64,000 nucleotides of DNA, taken from assembly GCA_951406725.2 (NCBI GenBank), contig OX597824.1, forward strand, positions 63,860,001-63,924,000, written 5' to 3'. Made by a program: the position numbers and the translations under genes. The notes below the pieces were generated by a model. That model was not told the DNA's origin and searched no databases. It was given only the letters and a program-made list of their open reading frames with translations. Source of the stretch: Octopus vulgaris (lineage: Eukaryota). The number at the start of each line of letters is the position of its first letter. Position 1 is the stretch's first letter. Below are positions 41,933-54,244 of this stretch, one piece after another.

Positions 41933-44322
41933 CAGAGATTCCCAACGTGGTCTCTGGGGCCCACCAATGGTCCCCAGAGAATTTGTAGACATAAAAAAAT
42001 TGAAACCATTTCAGATCTATACAATATTGTTTGATAATAAAGATACTGTTAGTTAATAATAATTTATAAGAAGACAGAATAATAATAAGAAAACAAAATT
42101 CAATAATTATTCCATAAGAATCAATAATGTTTAATATATAATCAATAATATATTACAATCAAGAATTACATAATTTAAATTTTACAATCACAACAGTTTC
42201 ATAATAAATTTGATATTTTGAATAGATCACTACACAATATAGTTTATTAATAAATTTGATACTTTTAATTTACAGAAATAAAGTATTTATTATTTTTATT
42301 TTTTAAGATCAGTTGTAATAATGTCTGAACCATCTGCTAAAAAGGCAAAACTGAGGAACTACAAAGATTTTATCATGTTTGGTTTTGTAGACTCAAAACC
42401 TATGTGTCTTGAATGTGATGCCATCATGACAAATTATTCCATGATGAAAGTTAAGCTGGAACAGCACCAGAAGTTAAGGCATCTATCATCTGTTGGTAAT
42501 GGTAAGGAATATTTTGAGAATAAAAAGAAAATACAGCCAATCAAACTATCCAATTTTGTAAAGAAGATAAATACTGAAAAAGCAGACACTCAAACCAAGT
42601 TATTTGGTCTCTGAAATTATTGCCAAGGTTGCAGCACCTCAGATTTATGGTGAGAAACTTGTCAAGCATGCTATGATAGCTTGTGCAAATGAGGTTCTGG
42701 GGAAAGATGCTGCATCTACTCTGAGTACAATTCCACTTTCAAATAACGCAATTACAAGAAGACAGGATGAAATGTCTAATTTTGTTTAGGAGAAGATTGT
42801 GGAAATTCTCCAAAAGACAAAATTTTTCTATCCAGGTTGATGATGGCACAATTCATCGCTAAGCTATCCTTCTGATCTATGTCAGATTCATTCATGAAGA
42901 TGATATGAGGGAAGAAATGTTATTAAAAGTTTGTCTGAAACTACTAATGGAGAAGATATATTCAATGAAGTAATGTAGTATTTTAATGATAAAAAAATTC
43001 CATTGACTAATTTGATCAATATTGCATCAGGTGGAGCTGCAGCCATGACTGGAAAAGTGAAAGGCTTTGTTTCTAAAATGAAATCAGTTGCTCCTCACAT
43101 TTTTTATATACATTGCATTATCCACAAACAGCATTTGGTTGCTAAGAATATTGGAGAACACATGGAAGAAGCACTCAACACAGCCATACATGCAATTAAC
43201 TTTGTCAAATCAAACTCAGTGAATAATAAATTTTTTATGCTATTCTGTGAAGATGAAGGTTTTAAAACCCTATTGCTTCACACAGAAGTAAGATGGTTGT
43301 CAAAAGGCATGAGCCTTGAAAGACTAGAGAATTTGTGGGAACCATTAATCAACTTTCTCATGTTCAAGAGTCAGATGACTCATTACAACTCCAAGAAGCA
43401 AGCTGATACAGCTAAGAAAATTTTGGAAAGACTTTCTGGGTTTAAATCAAAAATATTCTACTTGAGTGATATTTTTAAAACAGTGAATCTGCTTAACTTA
43501 GAGCTGGTCTCAGAAGATAAAAGGGTAAATGGGGAAATTAAAATTTTAGAAAAAAACAGTTTCAAAAAAATTTGGCATCATTTCAATATTTTAACACCAC
43601 TGTTCCTACATCAGAATGCATTGCTGCATGCAATGCCCATCTTGAAGGTCTTCATGTAGACTTTGAAAGAAGATACAATGATTTATTAAAGATGGATTAT
43701 CCACTCTGGTTTGCAGACCTAGAAAATTATGAGCCAGATGAAAATTTTGAGTTTGCTGAAATGTTGCTGGATTTGAAAGAAAATATGAAACTGAGAAGAA
43801 GAGTTGAAAAAGAAGGTGTCTTTGCCTACATATCGATAAAGGAATCACACCCAAATATTTTTCGACATGTAGAAGCAAGCATCATTTCTTTCCCTGCCAC
43901 ATGGATGATAGAATCTGCATTTTCAGCTGTTGTAGATATTTTAAGTAGAAAAAGAAATAAATTAGATGTCAACAGCAGAGGAACTATCAGACTCAGATTA
44001 AATGAGCTCATTAAAATTGATTATGATATCTTATGTCAGAAACACCAATATCAAGCTAGTTACTAGCTGAATGGACTACAAATGAATGACTTTATGAAAA
44101 ACGATTTTGATATCTTGTGATTATCTTTGTTTACTAAAATAAATTTAAAATTTTATCGTTTGTTTGCTAAAATAAATTTTGAAGTGTAAATAGACTATAT
44201 TGTCTTTTCATTAAGCATTTTAGTGTGAATATAGAATGGCATAACGTAAAAGTAGAAGTGGTCCCTAGAGATTTTTTCAAGTACAAAATGGGCCCTATGC
44301 TGAAAAAGGTTGGGAACCACTG
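41933..44322 (+). mobile_element. Full-length hAT transposon (Charlie/Buster, ZBED5/SCAND3-like) with inactivated transposase at 42321-44066
   Basis: TIRs CAGAGATTCCCAAC / GTTGGGAACCACTG; 8-bp TSD TTGTTGGT / TTGCTGGT; motifs KPMCLEC..H, HCIIH, LLLHTEVRWLSKG and ESAFS split over several frames. Confidence 0.93.
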
Positions 44323-44804
44323 TTGCTGGTTTATGATTTCTCTTAATACCTGGCTAAACCCTATTTTATTTATTTAGGTCAAATAGTGTTTTTCAGTATA
44401 ATATGTATGTATGTATGTATGTAGGCATGTACGTATGTATGTATGCATGTATGTATGCATGCATGTATGTATGTATGTATGTATGTATGTATGTATGTAT
44501 GTATGCATGCATGCATATATGTACGTATGTATGTGTGAATATATGTATACATGTATATAGATATGAATATGTATGCAAATGCATGTATATATGTATATGT
44601 ATACATATACATCTGTATATAAGTATATATACATATAAATGTATATACATGTATTTATACATATGCATATATATATATATATATATATATATGTATACTT
44701 ATGTATGTATACATATACATGTTTATATAATATATATATATATTTGTGTGTATGTGTATATATATATATATATATATAGTGTGTACTGTTCTGTTATTGG
44801 TTAA

Positions 44805-44992
44805 CATCAACAAAGAAAGTACTCCATCCTGTATACCGATAAATATCATTTAATAAACAAATTCACATCTTCATCTGTTTCCAAACAAGGTAATATTTTT
44901 TCCCATTGCTAGACATGTTTTTCATGGAAGATTGGAAATGAACAACGTCACTTGTATGACATGTTTATATAATATATATATATTTGTGTGTA

Positions 44993-45027
<35 letters not shown>

Positions 45028-45172
45028 GATACATCAAAGAAAGTACTCCATCCAACCGATAAATATCATTTAATAAACAAATTCACATCTTCAACTGTTT
45101 CCAAACAAGGTAATATTTTTTCCCATTGCTAGACATGTTTTTCATGGAAATGAACAACCTCACTTGTATGAC
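44805..45172 (+). repeat. Direct duplication of a ~150-bp unit (44805-44960 and 45030-45172)
   Basis: AAAGAAAGTACTCCATCC...CACTTGTATGAC twice, separated by (TA)n. Confidence 0.85.
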
Positions 45173-45272
45173 TGTGATACTCAATTACAACGATCACGTG
45201 ATGTCAAGACAAGGACACACACACACAGACATGATGGGCTTCTTTCAGTTTACACGTATATGTATGTATTTA

Positions 45273-45308
<36 letters not shown>

Positions 45309-45833
45309 ATCATCATCCATGCTAGTGGCACGTAAGAAGTACCCAGCTTTTGGTGTTAGGAAGGGTATCCAGCTATAGAAACCATGCCACAACAGGCTAT
45401 TGGAGTGTGGACCATTCCTCAGTTGACCAGCACTTGTCAAACTGTTCAACCTATGCCAGCATAGAAAACAGATGTTCAATGATGATGATGATGATCATCA
45501 TCATCCTTTAATGTCTGTATTTCATGCTGGAATGGGTTGAGCAGTTTGATGACAACTGACAAGCAGGAGAGCTGTACTACGTTCCAGTTTGATTTGGCTT
45601 GAGTTCTATGGGTAGATGCCCTTCCTTATACCAACCACTTTACAGTGAATTACGTGGAACTGGCCTAAGTGCTTTTTGTGTGGCACCAACACAGGGCTCT
45701 TACTGACCAATCTTATTCACCAGGGGAAGCAACATCAACACTTCTACTGTGGAGGATGGGTCTTTATATAAACATACATACTTATAAACATAAACATACA
45801 TACTCATGTGTTTTAATATTTTAATCGTTGCAG

Positions 45834-46043
45834 AATCCCAATACCAGACATCTCGTGCCACCCATTGATGTTTTGTGGATCACAGGATCAGAAGGTGGAA
45901 ACTATTATTATTCATTTGGTGGTTGACACAGAATTGAAGCATACACATCTTTACAGGAGAGAAGCATTCCTTGTAAACTAATTAAAGGCACAGCAGAAGA
46001 CCTTAAGGTTTACATGGGATCATCTGCTCCTGATCTTCAATAG
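45834..46043 (+). CDS. SRXN1: Sulfiredoxin coding exon (C-terminal 69 codons) with in-frame TGA at the catalytic Cys; candidate selenoprotein
   Basis: After acceptor TTGCAG (phase 0) it translates [30 protein letters not shown][TGA][38 protein letters not shown], colinear with the known Srx [21 protein letters not shown]; donor AAG/GTAAAT after 46048. Confidence 0.9.
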
Positions 46044-46899
46044 AAAAGGTAAATATTGTCTTTTTTTAAACTGAAACATTTTACTCTATTTACGTTGATC
46101 TTTTTTAGCTTAGTGCTAGATCACAAATTTCCGTTTGTATAGTCCGTTAAATTAACTCCATTATACTATTGGTATTATCTTATTGATTATCCATGGAGAA
46201 TAAAAGTTTTAATGAATTTCAGTGAGAGTTGAACTCATGACATATAGAGATGTAACTAGAACTTCAATGTGTTTCACCTTCATTTCTATTTCAGCCACAC
46301 TACTGTTTGTACTTACTCCATAAACAATCAAGGAGACTGTAAGTGGTATTCAATTGGCTAAAAACAGTGCCCCAGTCTTCTTTGAACCACATTGTATAGT
46401 CTTAAAAAGAAAAAGTGAACCAACTGAAAACTGTAAATACACTGTGTCTGAAAATTCCACAAAATAGTAAATTGCTGGAATACAATTGACTGCAGGTTTC
46501 CTTGATCAAGGATGATCCTGTCCTGCACAACTGGGAATGCATATGAATCAAAAGTTATAAAAAACTGAATAAACCTGCTTGGGAAGTAACTAGAAATTTG
46601 GAATACTGGGGTAATGTGGTTGGATAAGAACTTTTGAAGGTGGTGTTCTGATATGGTTCATAGTAAATTAAAGTAAATCTATGAATTACACCTCCTCTCT
46701 AAGTGTGGTAGCCTTGTGTTAATGTAAAGTGAAAATATATAATGCAAATGGCATGAAGAGGACAAAGGCTTCTGGTATCTTTGTAATTCAGTCTTGGCCC
46801 ATCATCAATATAATTACCTTCACTTGTGTTTAAGAAATGCATCACACTATAGAATACTTTGTCCCTTAATATTTTAGCTTCCACTCCTGTAAGTACTAA

Positions 46900-47815
46900 C
46901 TGGATTCCAAATTTCTAGTTTCACTCAGTCTACTTAGGAGCTTGTTGTGTCCCAGCATATGTGCTGCTTCTTTTAGTTTTCATATTTTCCAGTGGTGTTC
47001 TCTGTCTATTATTTTAACTGCATCCCACAGAGAGAGGTGGTCTCCATTTTTCCATACATGATCAGCTATACCCGATTTATTAATATCTCCTCATGTCACA
47101 GCTTTCTGATGTTCGTCTACCCTTATTTTGAGAGGGCAGCATGTTTTGCCTAATGGACTGATTATATCCAAAAGGAAGCGGCTCAGTGGTTGATATGCTG
47201 AACCTCTACAGCACACTATGGTGTTAATGGAATAAATCCTTGTGAATCTTAGGGAGACCGTACATGTGTGGTAGTTTACTGTAGTGTTGAGTCAGTTGTC
47301 TGTACTTCATTGGTGTAAAGTGATCCTTCTTCTTGATCAAAATCTGTGACAAATTCCTCTCTGTTTTCAGAATTGGGTCTTTCTTTTCATTGCTGTAGCT
47401 ACCATCACTTATAAGACTTGCCAATTTTTCAGAGTAGTCAGACTTGTTCATCACCACTGTAGCATTTCCCTTGTCTGATGGAAGTATTATGATGGAATTG
47501 TCACTCTGTAGTCTTTCGATGGCGAACTTTTCTTCCTTAATGATGTTTGGTTTGGAAAGTTTTGCTTCAAGTACCTGTCTCACTTTCCACCTTAGTTCAT
47601 CTCCTTAAGCTTTTGGTATCTTTATGGCTATCTCTTCAATAGGGACTATTATGTCCAAGTACGGAATGCACTTGATGGTTGTCGCAAAGTTGAGGCCTTT
47701 GTTCACTACTGCTTCTTCAGAGCTTTCTAGATGTCGGCTAGTTACGTTAATTACTACTTTCACAGGTGGGTGACGGACTTCAGTCTTCATTCTCTGACCT
47801 TTGTATTTCAAAAAC
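46900..47815 (-). pseudogene. Penelope-like retroelement relic, internally deleted
   Basis: RT N-terminal motifs NKGLNF, IILPSDKGNATVVM and YGLPKIHK, followed closely by GIY-YIG C-terminal-like EHQK, KSGIADHVW and WDAVKIIDRE. Confidence 0.85.
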
Positions 47816-47919
47816 TTTTTAATCTGGCGTGTCTTCTATATACATAGGAGTGGCTATGTGGCAAGTAGCTTGCTTATCAGTCACATGGTTCTGGGTTCAG
47901 TCCCACACAAACATATACT

Positions 47920-47953
<34 letters not shown>

Positions 47954-48079
47954 AAAAGTAAAAAATATATACAAACTGGGACAAGAACGTGAAACACCTA
48001 GAAGACGACACAAGAACCACAGGACGGGACATTCAAAGCCCTCAGTCATCAGTCAAGAACCGGATCATCTTCGCAATTT

Positions 48080-48126
<47 letters not shown>

Positions 48127-48445
48127 GACAGGCCTCTTTCAGTTTCCGTCTACCAAATCCACTCACAAGGCTTTGGTTGGCCCCAGGCTATAGTAGAAGA
48201 TACTTGCCCAAGAGGCCACTCTGGCCAACCAAAGCCTTGTGAGTGGATTTGGTAGACGGAAAGTGAAAGAGATATGGTTGTGTGTCTGTGGTTGTCTTCC
48301 CACCCCCGCCATCGCTTGACAACCGATGTTGCTGTGTTTATATCCCGATAACTTAGCGGTTCGACAAAAGTGACCGATAAGCGACTAAAGGCGGTGCTCC
48401 AGCATGACCGCAGTCAAATGCCTGAAACAAATAAAATAATAAAAT

Positions 48446-48488
<43 letters not shown>

Positions 48489-49015
48489 GACGAACTACTT
48501 TCAGTTTATTTCCAAGGCTTTGGTCAACCCGAGACTATAGAAGGAGACATTTGCCCAAGGTACCACGCCGTGGGACTAGACCTGGCACCATGTGGTTGAG
48601 AAGCACAGACCCACGCCTCCACCTTTGTTTAAAAGTTTCAAGAATTTTCTCAGAAAATATGTATTAACTTTTTTTTTTATCTTGTTATAATATTATGTAA
48701 ATTACAACTTTCAACAAACCTGAGTAAAAGGCCACGAATTCTAGAAAAATATTTCTAGAAAGTTTATTTTAAGTTCCTTCGACTGTCTGGAGTTAAATTT
48801 AGATTCATTGCTTTTTATTTTATCTAAATAGTGACTATATACATTGTTAATGCATCTATATAAATGTACATATACACACACATATAAATATATATTCATA
48901 TATGATTGCCTGTCTGTCTGCATGTATGTATGTATGCATGATGGCCATCAGTTTTATATATAAACTTGTGAGCGCGCGTATGTTATAGATATAAGTGTAT
49001 GTGCGTGTATGCATG

Positions 49016-49047
<32 letters not shown>

Positions 49048-49620
49048 GATACATATATGTACAAATTAAACTGGGTTTCAGTTCTCGACTGACGTCTGTT
49101 TTTCTGTACAGTCCATTAACTACCAAAAAAAACAACAACAGCAACAGCAAAAAGAATAAAAAATACAACACCCAGCGAATGTAAACTTCAAGACTTGTTG
49201 GCAGCAAACTAGACAGATGGGAAAACCTGTATTAGTGTTTTGTGTCTAAAGATAACTTGTAGCGTCACGGCTAATGGCGATGGGTAACCTATATGAGAAA
49301 CCTGATGCAGGTTGCAGAAGGAAGTAGAAATCCTAGAAGGGGACGCTCAATACACGGCCATATGTGTGTATGTATGTATGTATGTATGTATGCATGTATG
49401 TATGTATGTATGTATACATGTATGTATGTATGCATGTACGTATGTATGTACATATGCACGTATGTAAACCTGATATATACACACATTTATATATAAGTAT
49501 ATATATACATGTTACACACACGTACATATGTGCGTATGTCTTTATATGTATATGTATGTGTGTGTGTATGCGTTATGTATACATATGCATACATATACAT
49601 ATGTGTATATATTATACATA

Positions 49621-49655
<35 letters not shown>

Positions 49656-49802
49656 TACATGTGCCTGGGCACATCATATGCAAACACAATGATAGGTATA
49701 CATTATTACACGAGATTGCATTACACGAGTCATGCATACACTCACATATATTTATATACTCACATATACATTTACACATGGTTATTCCAGTGTGTGTGTG
49801 CA

Positions 49803-49836
<34 letters not shown>

Positions 49837-50621
49837 TCTCACTGTATCGATCTGATTATCAGGTGTTATTTTATACCGCTGGCCACAATGCACAATCTTG
49901 CATTGTCATAGCTCTCGAATAATGACCCCCATGCTAGCTAGGCGGGTAGACCAACGTACTCCTAAACGGGACACCATTTCGACGCGGACTTACCCTTTAA
50001 CAACTAAGTAAACTGGAGTAAGCTGAAATGAAATGTTTGTCTTTATTTTCTCAAGAACAGCGCACCTCTAGTCAGGGAATCGAAAGCACAACTCCGTGAG
50101 CGTGAGTACAACCGCCTACCGACTAAGTTATGGATACGACACACATACGACAGGCATCAACGCAGCTTCCGTACTTCAAATGCACTCAGAAGGTATGGCA
50201 GGGTGGTGTTACCCCGCAATGGGATTGAATTCAGGGGCATTAGATTCTAAATCAAGCTTCCTGACAGTACAGTCATGCCCGCGTTTATACGAAACAACTA
50301 AACAAACGGTAACAACGAATCTCAAACATACTCACGTACTCCAAAAAAAATTTTAATGAAATGAGTATAAAGTAGACATATATGTAAATACATCTTATAT
50401 TTTTACTTGTCTCACTCATTAGACTACGGTCTTGCTGGGGCACCGCTTTAAAGAACTTTTAGTCGAATGATTCAACCCCATTACTTATCTTTTTAAAGTC
50501 TGGTATTTATTCTATTGACTCCTTTGTCGAACTGTTAAGTTACGGGAACGTAAACACAGGAACACCGGTTATCAATCTGTGGTGACACAAGACACGCACA
50601 CATACATACACATTCACACAC

Positions 50622-50669
<48 letters not shown>

Positions 50670-50687
50670 ACACACACATGCACACAG

Positions 50688-50770
<83 letters not shown>

Positions 50771-50870
50771 TATACAAATATAGGGATATATCTATATGTA
50801 CATTATCTACATTTGACGGATAGGAAAATATTAGATTTCTAAACCCTAAAATCCACTCCATAATTGCCTA

Positions 50871-51040
50871 CGGGCATATAGCATAGTGGTTAAGAACGCG
50901 GGTTACATACCCCTAGATCCTGTGTTAGATTCAAAAATACCTTAGGAATGAGAACCCAGGTTCCCCGAGACACTTGATGAAGGCTGGAGGGTATATCAGC
51001 CGAAAGGTTGTGTTACAAATAAACAAGATGAGGACAAATC
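50871..51040 (+). mobile_element. tRNA-headed element with hammerhead-like tail
   Basis: TAGCATAGTGGTTAAG head, then GACAC-TTGATGA-A-GGCTG..CAGCC-GAAA-GGTT-GTGTT. Confidence 0.55.
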
Positions 51041-52139
51041 AACCCAGTACTTTTTTTTAAAAGAGATAACGAAGCCTCGTACTTATTCTATCGGTCTGTT
51101 ACGTCGAACTGCTAAATTACCTGTTGTCAAGCACTCTTGGAGTAATCAGAAACGCAAATAAATATATATATAACTGTGTGTGCGAGTGTGTGCGAGTGTG
51201 TGTGTGAGAGAGAGAGAGAGAGAGATGGGGGGTGTGCGTGTGTGTGTGTGTGTGTGACAGACTTATTTCAATTTGCGTCTACCAAATCCACTCACAAACT
51301 TTTGGGTGGCCCAAGGTGATAGTAGAAGACACTAAAGAAGAGACCCGAAGTGCCACTAAGTGGGGCTGAACTCGGAACTATGTGATTGGGAGGCAAACTT
51401 CTTACTATACAGCTACTCTGTGTGGAGTAATTATACAACAGGAAAACAACAGTATTCTAGATTTTGGTTTTACAATATCAATTTACTTCGTTTTTTGTAA
51501 TACGGTATTAAGACAATATGACTCTCCCCAGACACAGCTTATCAATTTAGTTTCTGTAAAATACCCTTGTTTGGGGAAGGGTTGTTTTTGCTGGATTGGT
51601 GTGGGGGTGATATGTAATCACAATCGTGTCTCGCCTTATTTGGTTTGTTTTTTGCTGGTTTTTTTTTGGTTTTTTTTGGCTTGGAGCAAAGTTTGTTTTA
51701 TATACTTTCAGTGGAAGTTTTACTTCTTTATTTCTTAAGAAATCGCCTGTTTGTTTGTTTTCAATTTTCATCAATTTTATGAGACTCCATTGTAACATAA
51801 AATAATAACGTTGTTAATTATTATGAATTTTGTGTCATATTTGCTGTTGTCCTCTTCATAATTATTTTCGATGTATTAGATATTTTTTGCCGTTGTTCAT
51901 TATTTGGACTTTGTTTTGTTTTGTATTTTTTTATGATGGATACATTTGTTGTCTCTATTCTTACTTTTTGTTAAAAAAAACAATTGAAAACAGACGTATT
52001 TAATTGCTTGGGAACCATTCAACAATATGCATCCATGCATCTTAATTGCAAGCAAGAAGACACAAGATGTTCTTGTGACAATCACAAATAAGTCGTAGAG
52101 AAAAAGAGGTAACAATTACAGAACGTATGTGAGAAAAGT

Positions 52140-52307
52140 CAGGACTGTCTTAATAGCATTATGGGCCCCGGGAATATCAGGGCACTAGGCCCTATAGTAT
52201 TCATCTATTGACAGTAAGCCACAACATGCACAAATCTGATTTAGGCCCCTAGACCCGTGAGGCCCGTGGACAACTGTTCAGTGTATCCATCCCTAAAGAC
52301 AGCATTG
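52140..52307. mobile_element. hAT-type MITE
   Basis: CAGGACTGTCTTAA / TAAAGACAGCATTG ends; imperfect 8-bp TSD AGAAAAGT / AGAGAAGG. Confidence 0.5.
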
Positions 52308-52969
52308 AGAGAAGGATAAATAAGAGAGAAGTGATTAGACAGATATATATGTGAATAAGTATGCATGTGTATGTGAGTGTCTACACACGTGTGTGTGTGA
52401 GAGAGAGAGTGTGTGTATGAGCGGTGTATGTTTGTGTGTTTGGTATGAATGTGTATGTTATTTCTCTATGTGTGTATTTACCATTAGATTTTCTAAGGAT
52501 AAATTCATGTACAGCATTCATAAGACGTGTGCACATGTGTTTGTTTTGTATCAATACACGTATGCACGCATGTACGCATGTCTGTGCGCACGCGGATAGG
52601 TAAGAACATATTCAGGTGCCTGTGTGGATGTGACATTGTTATGAATATCTTGTACTTGTGTTTAAGCATTGTAAGTACGTGTGTGCGCGCGCACACACAC
52701 TGCGAATACATTAAGCGCGAAACTTTCTATAAATCGTTAACATAATGAACAAATTCTTCTATTTTAAAGTATCTAAAAGTTAACAGCTCAACGTATTAGA
52801 TGTATAATAATGATATACAAAAATTGCAATAATTTAGGACTGTTGTTACTGCAATTCCTAAATAAAAGGTGCAACATTTTTGTAATACACCTCGTAAATA
52901 TAGTTCTTAAACTTGGATCTTGCATCTTGTATTAAGCATAGATATGCACACGAATACACAAATAAATAC

Positions 52970-53051
<82 letters not shown>

Positions 53052-53323
53052 ATATAACTCCAAGAAAGTTAGAGGTTGTGAATTCAACCAACTAAGGGAT
53101 AATAATATCAATCCAATATACTGCTGGTAGAATACCCAATTATCAATATACAAGTGTTTTTATTGCATTGTGTACTAAATGGGTGAAGGTAAAGAAATAT
53201 TTTACCATTAATTTATAGAGCTATAAGAAAATGGGGAGATCAATAGGTGGTTCAACTTTTAGACATTATATTATATTGATCCCCTCCATTTTCTTATTGC
53301 TCTCTCTCTTTCTCTCTCTCTCG

Positions 53324-53410
<87 letters not shown>

Positions 53411-53806
53411 TGAATATACAGCATTGAGTATTTGCGGCACAAAAGTAAAATCGTAAAAGCAACAGCATTACCCATATATACACTGTAGACGGTTGAGACG
53501 GTAGAGCAACACATTACATTTTTTAATAATTATTTCCCATCTATCCAGTTCAAAACTGAAAATCTGTCTTTCATCCTTGTATGAATGCTAAAATATATAA
53601 ATAGCATTTATACACTATAATCGATAAATTTATAATTCCATTCCCCAATCAAAAGTTTGTTCTGTAATTCTGAAAGAAATTCATAAAAATTGATATATTT
53701 CGCTTTGTTTTGTTTTTCTCTGTGTATTTTTGTTTGCTTGTTTGTTACTTGCGTTAAAGTTGTTTTTATTTACTAATTATAGTTGTTTTGTTATATATTT
53801 ATAATC

Positions 53807-54244
53807 TACTAATTCATCTATTTTATTTTGCTAGGTCCTGGATGTCGGTCCAGTGGTCATGAAAGCTAATACTTACTGGAGCTGACTAACACTGCAAAAC
53901 TAGCGACACAACCAATAATAACAATAATTCCTGAGATAAACACAAAGACTGTTTACTGTAACAAAATGTCTGTTATTCATCCCTGATGCATGAGCTTTCT
54001 AGAAATTTAAGACTGGAATCCTAAGAAGAAAATATCTTATTAAAAATGTCGACGTTGATCCTGGAAAGGAATTGGTAGAAGCTGATACTTTCCGTTGACT
54101 AAACATCCTCTTTGTAATAATAATAATAATAATAGTAGTAATAATAATAATAACAATAATTATAATTATAATGATAATGGTAGAGAAGACAAGCCAAAAC
54201 AACCTGGTATATGTTTGTTTGTCCATCCACATTCTGGAAACATA
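53807..54244 (+). promoter_or_regulatory. Splice acceptor (AG 53833-53834) and ~410-nt leader with several uORFs ahead of the GPCR
   Basis: Branch-like TACTAAT, T-rich tract, CTAG/G; uATGs at 53842, 53859, 53966, 53986 and 54046, each closing quickly. Confidence 0.55.

Noticed and set aside
42321-44066. Domesticated ZBED/SCAND3-like host gene
   Set aside because: Multiple stops and frameshifts with retained TIRs and TSD indicate a dead transposon
51518-51582. SECIS-like ATGAC-TCTCCCCAGACA...TGTTTGGGGAAG stem
   Set aside because: No 3' GA for the core quartet and no correctly placed apical AA
54095-54244. Track start of the GPCR at 54095
   Set aside because: It is a TTG; the first in-frame ATG is 54245
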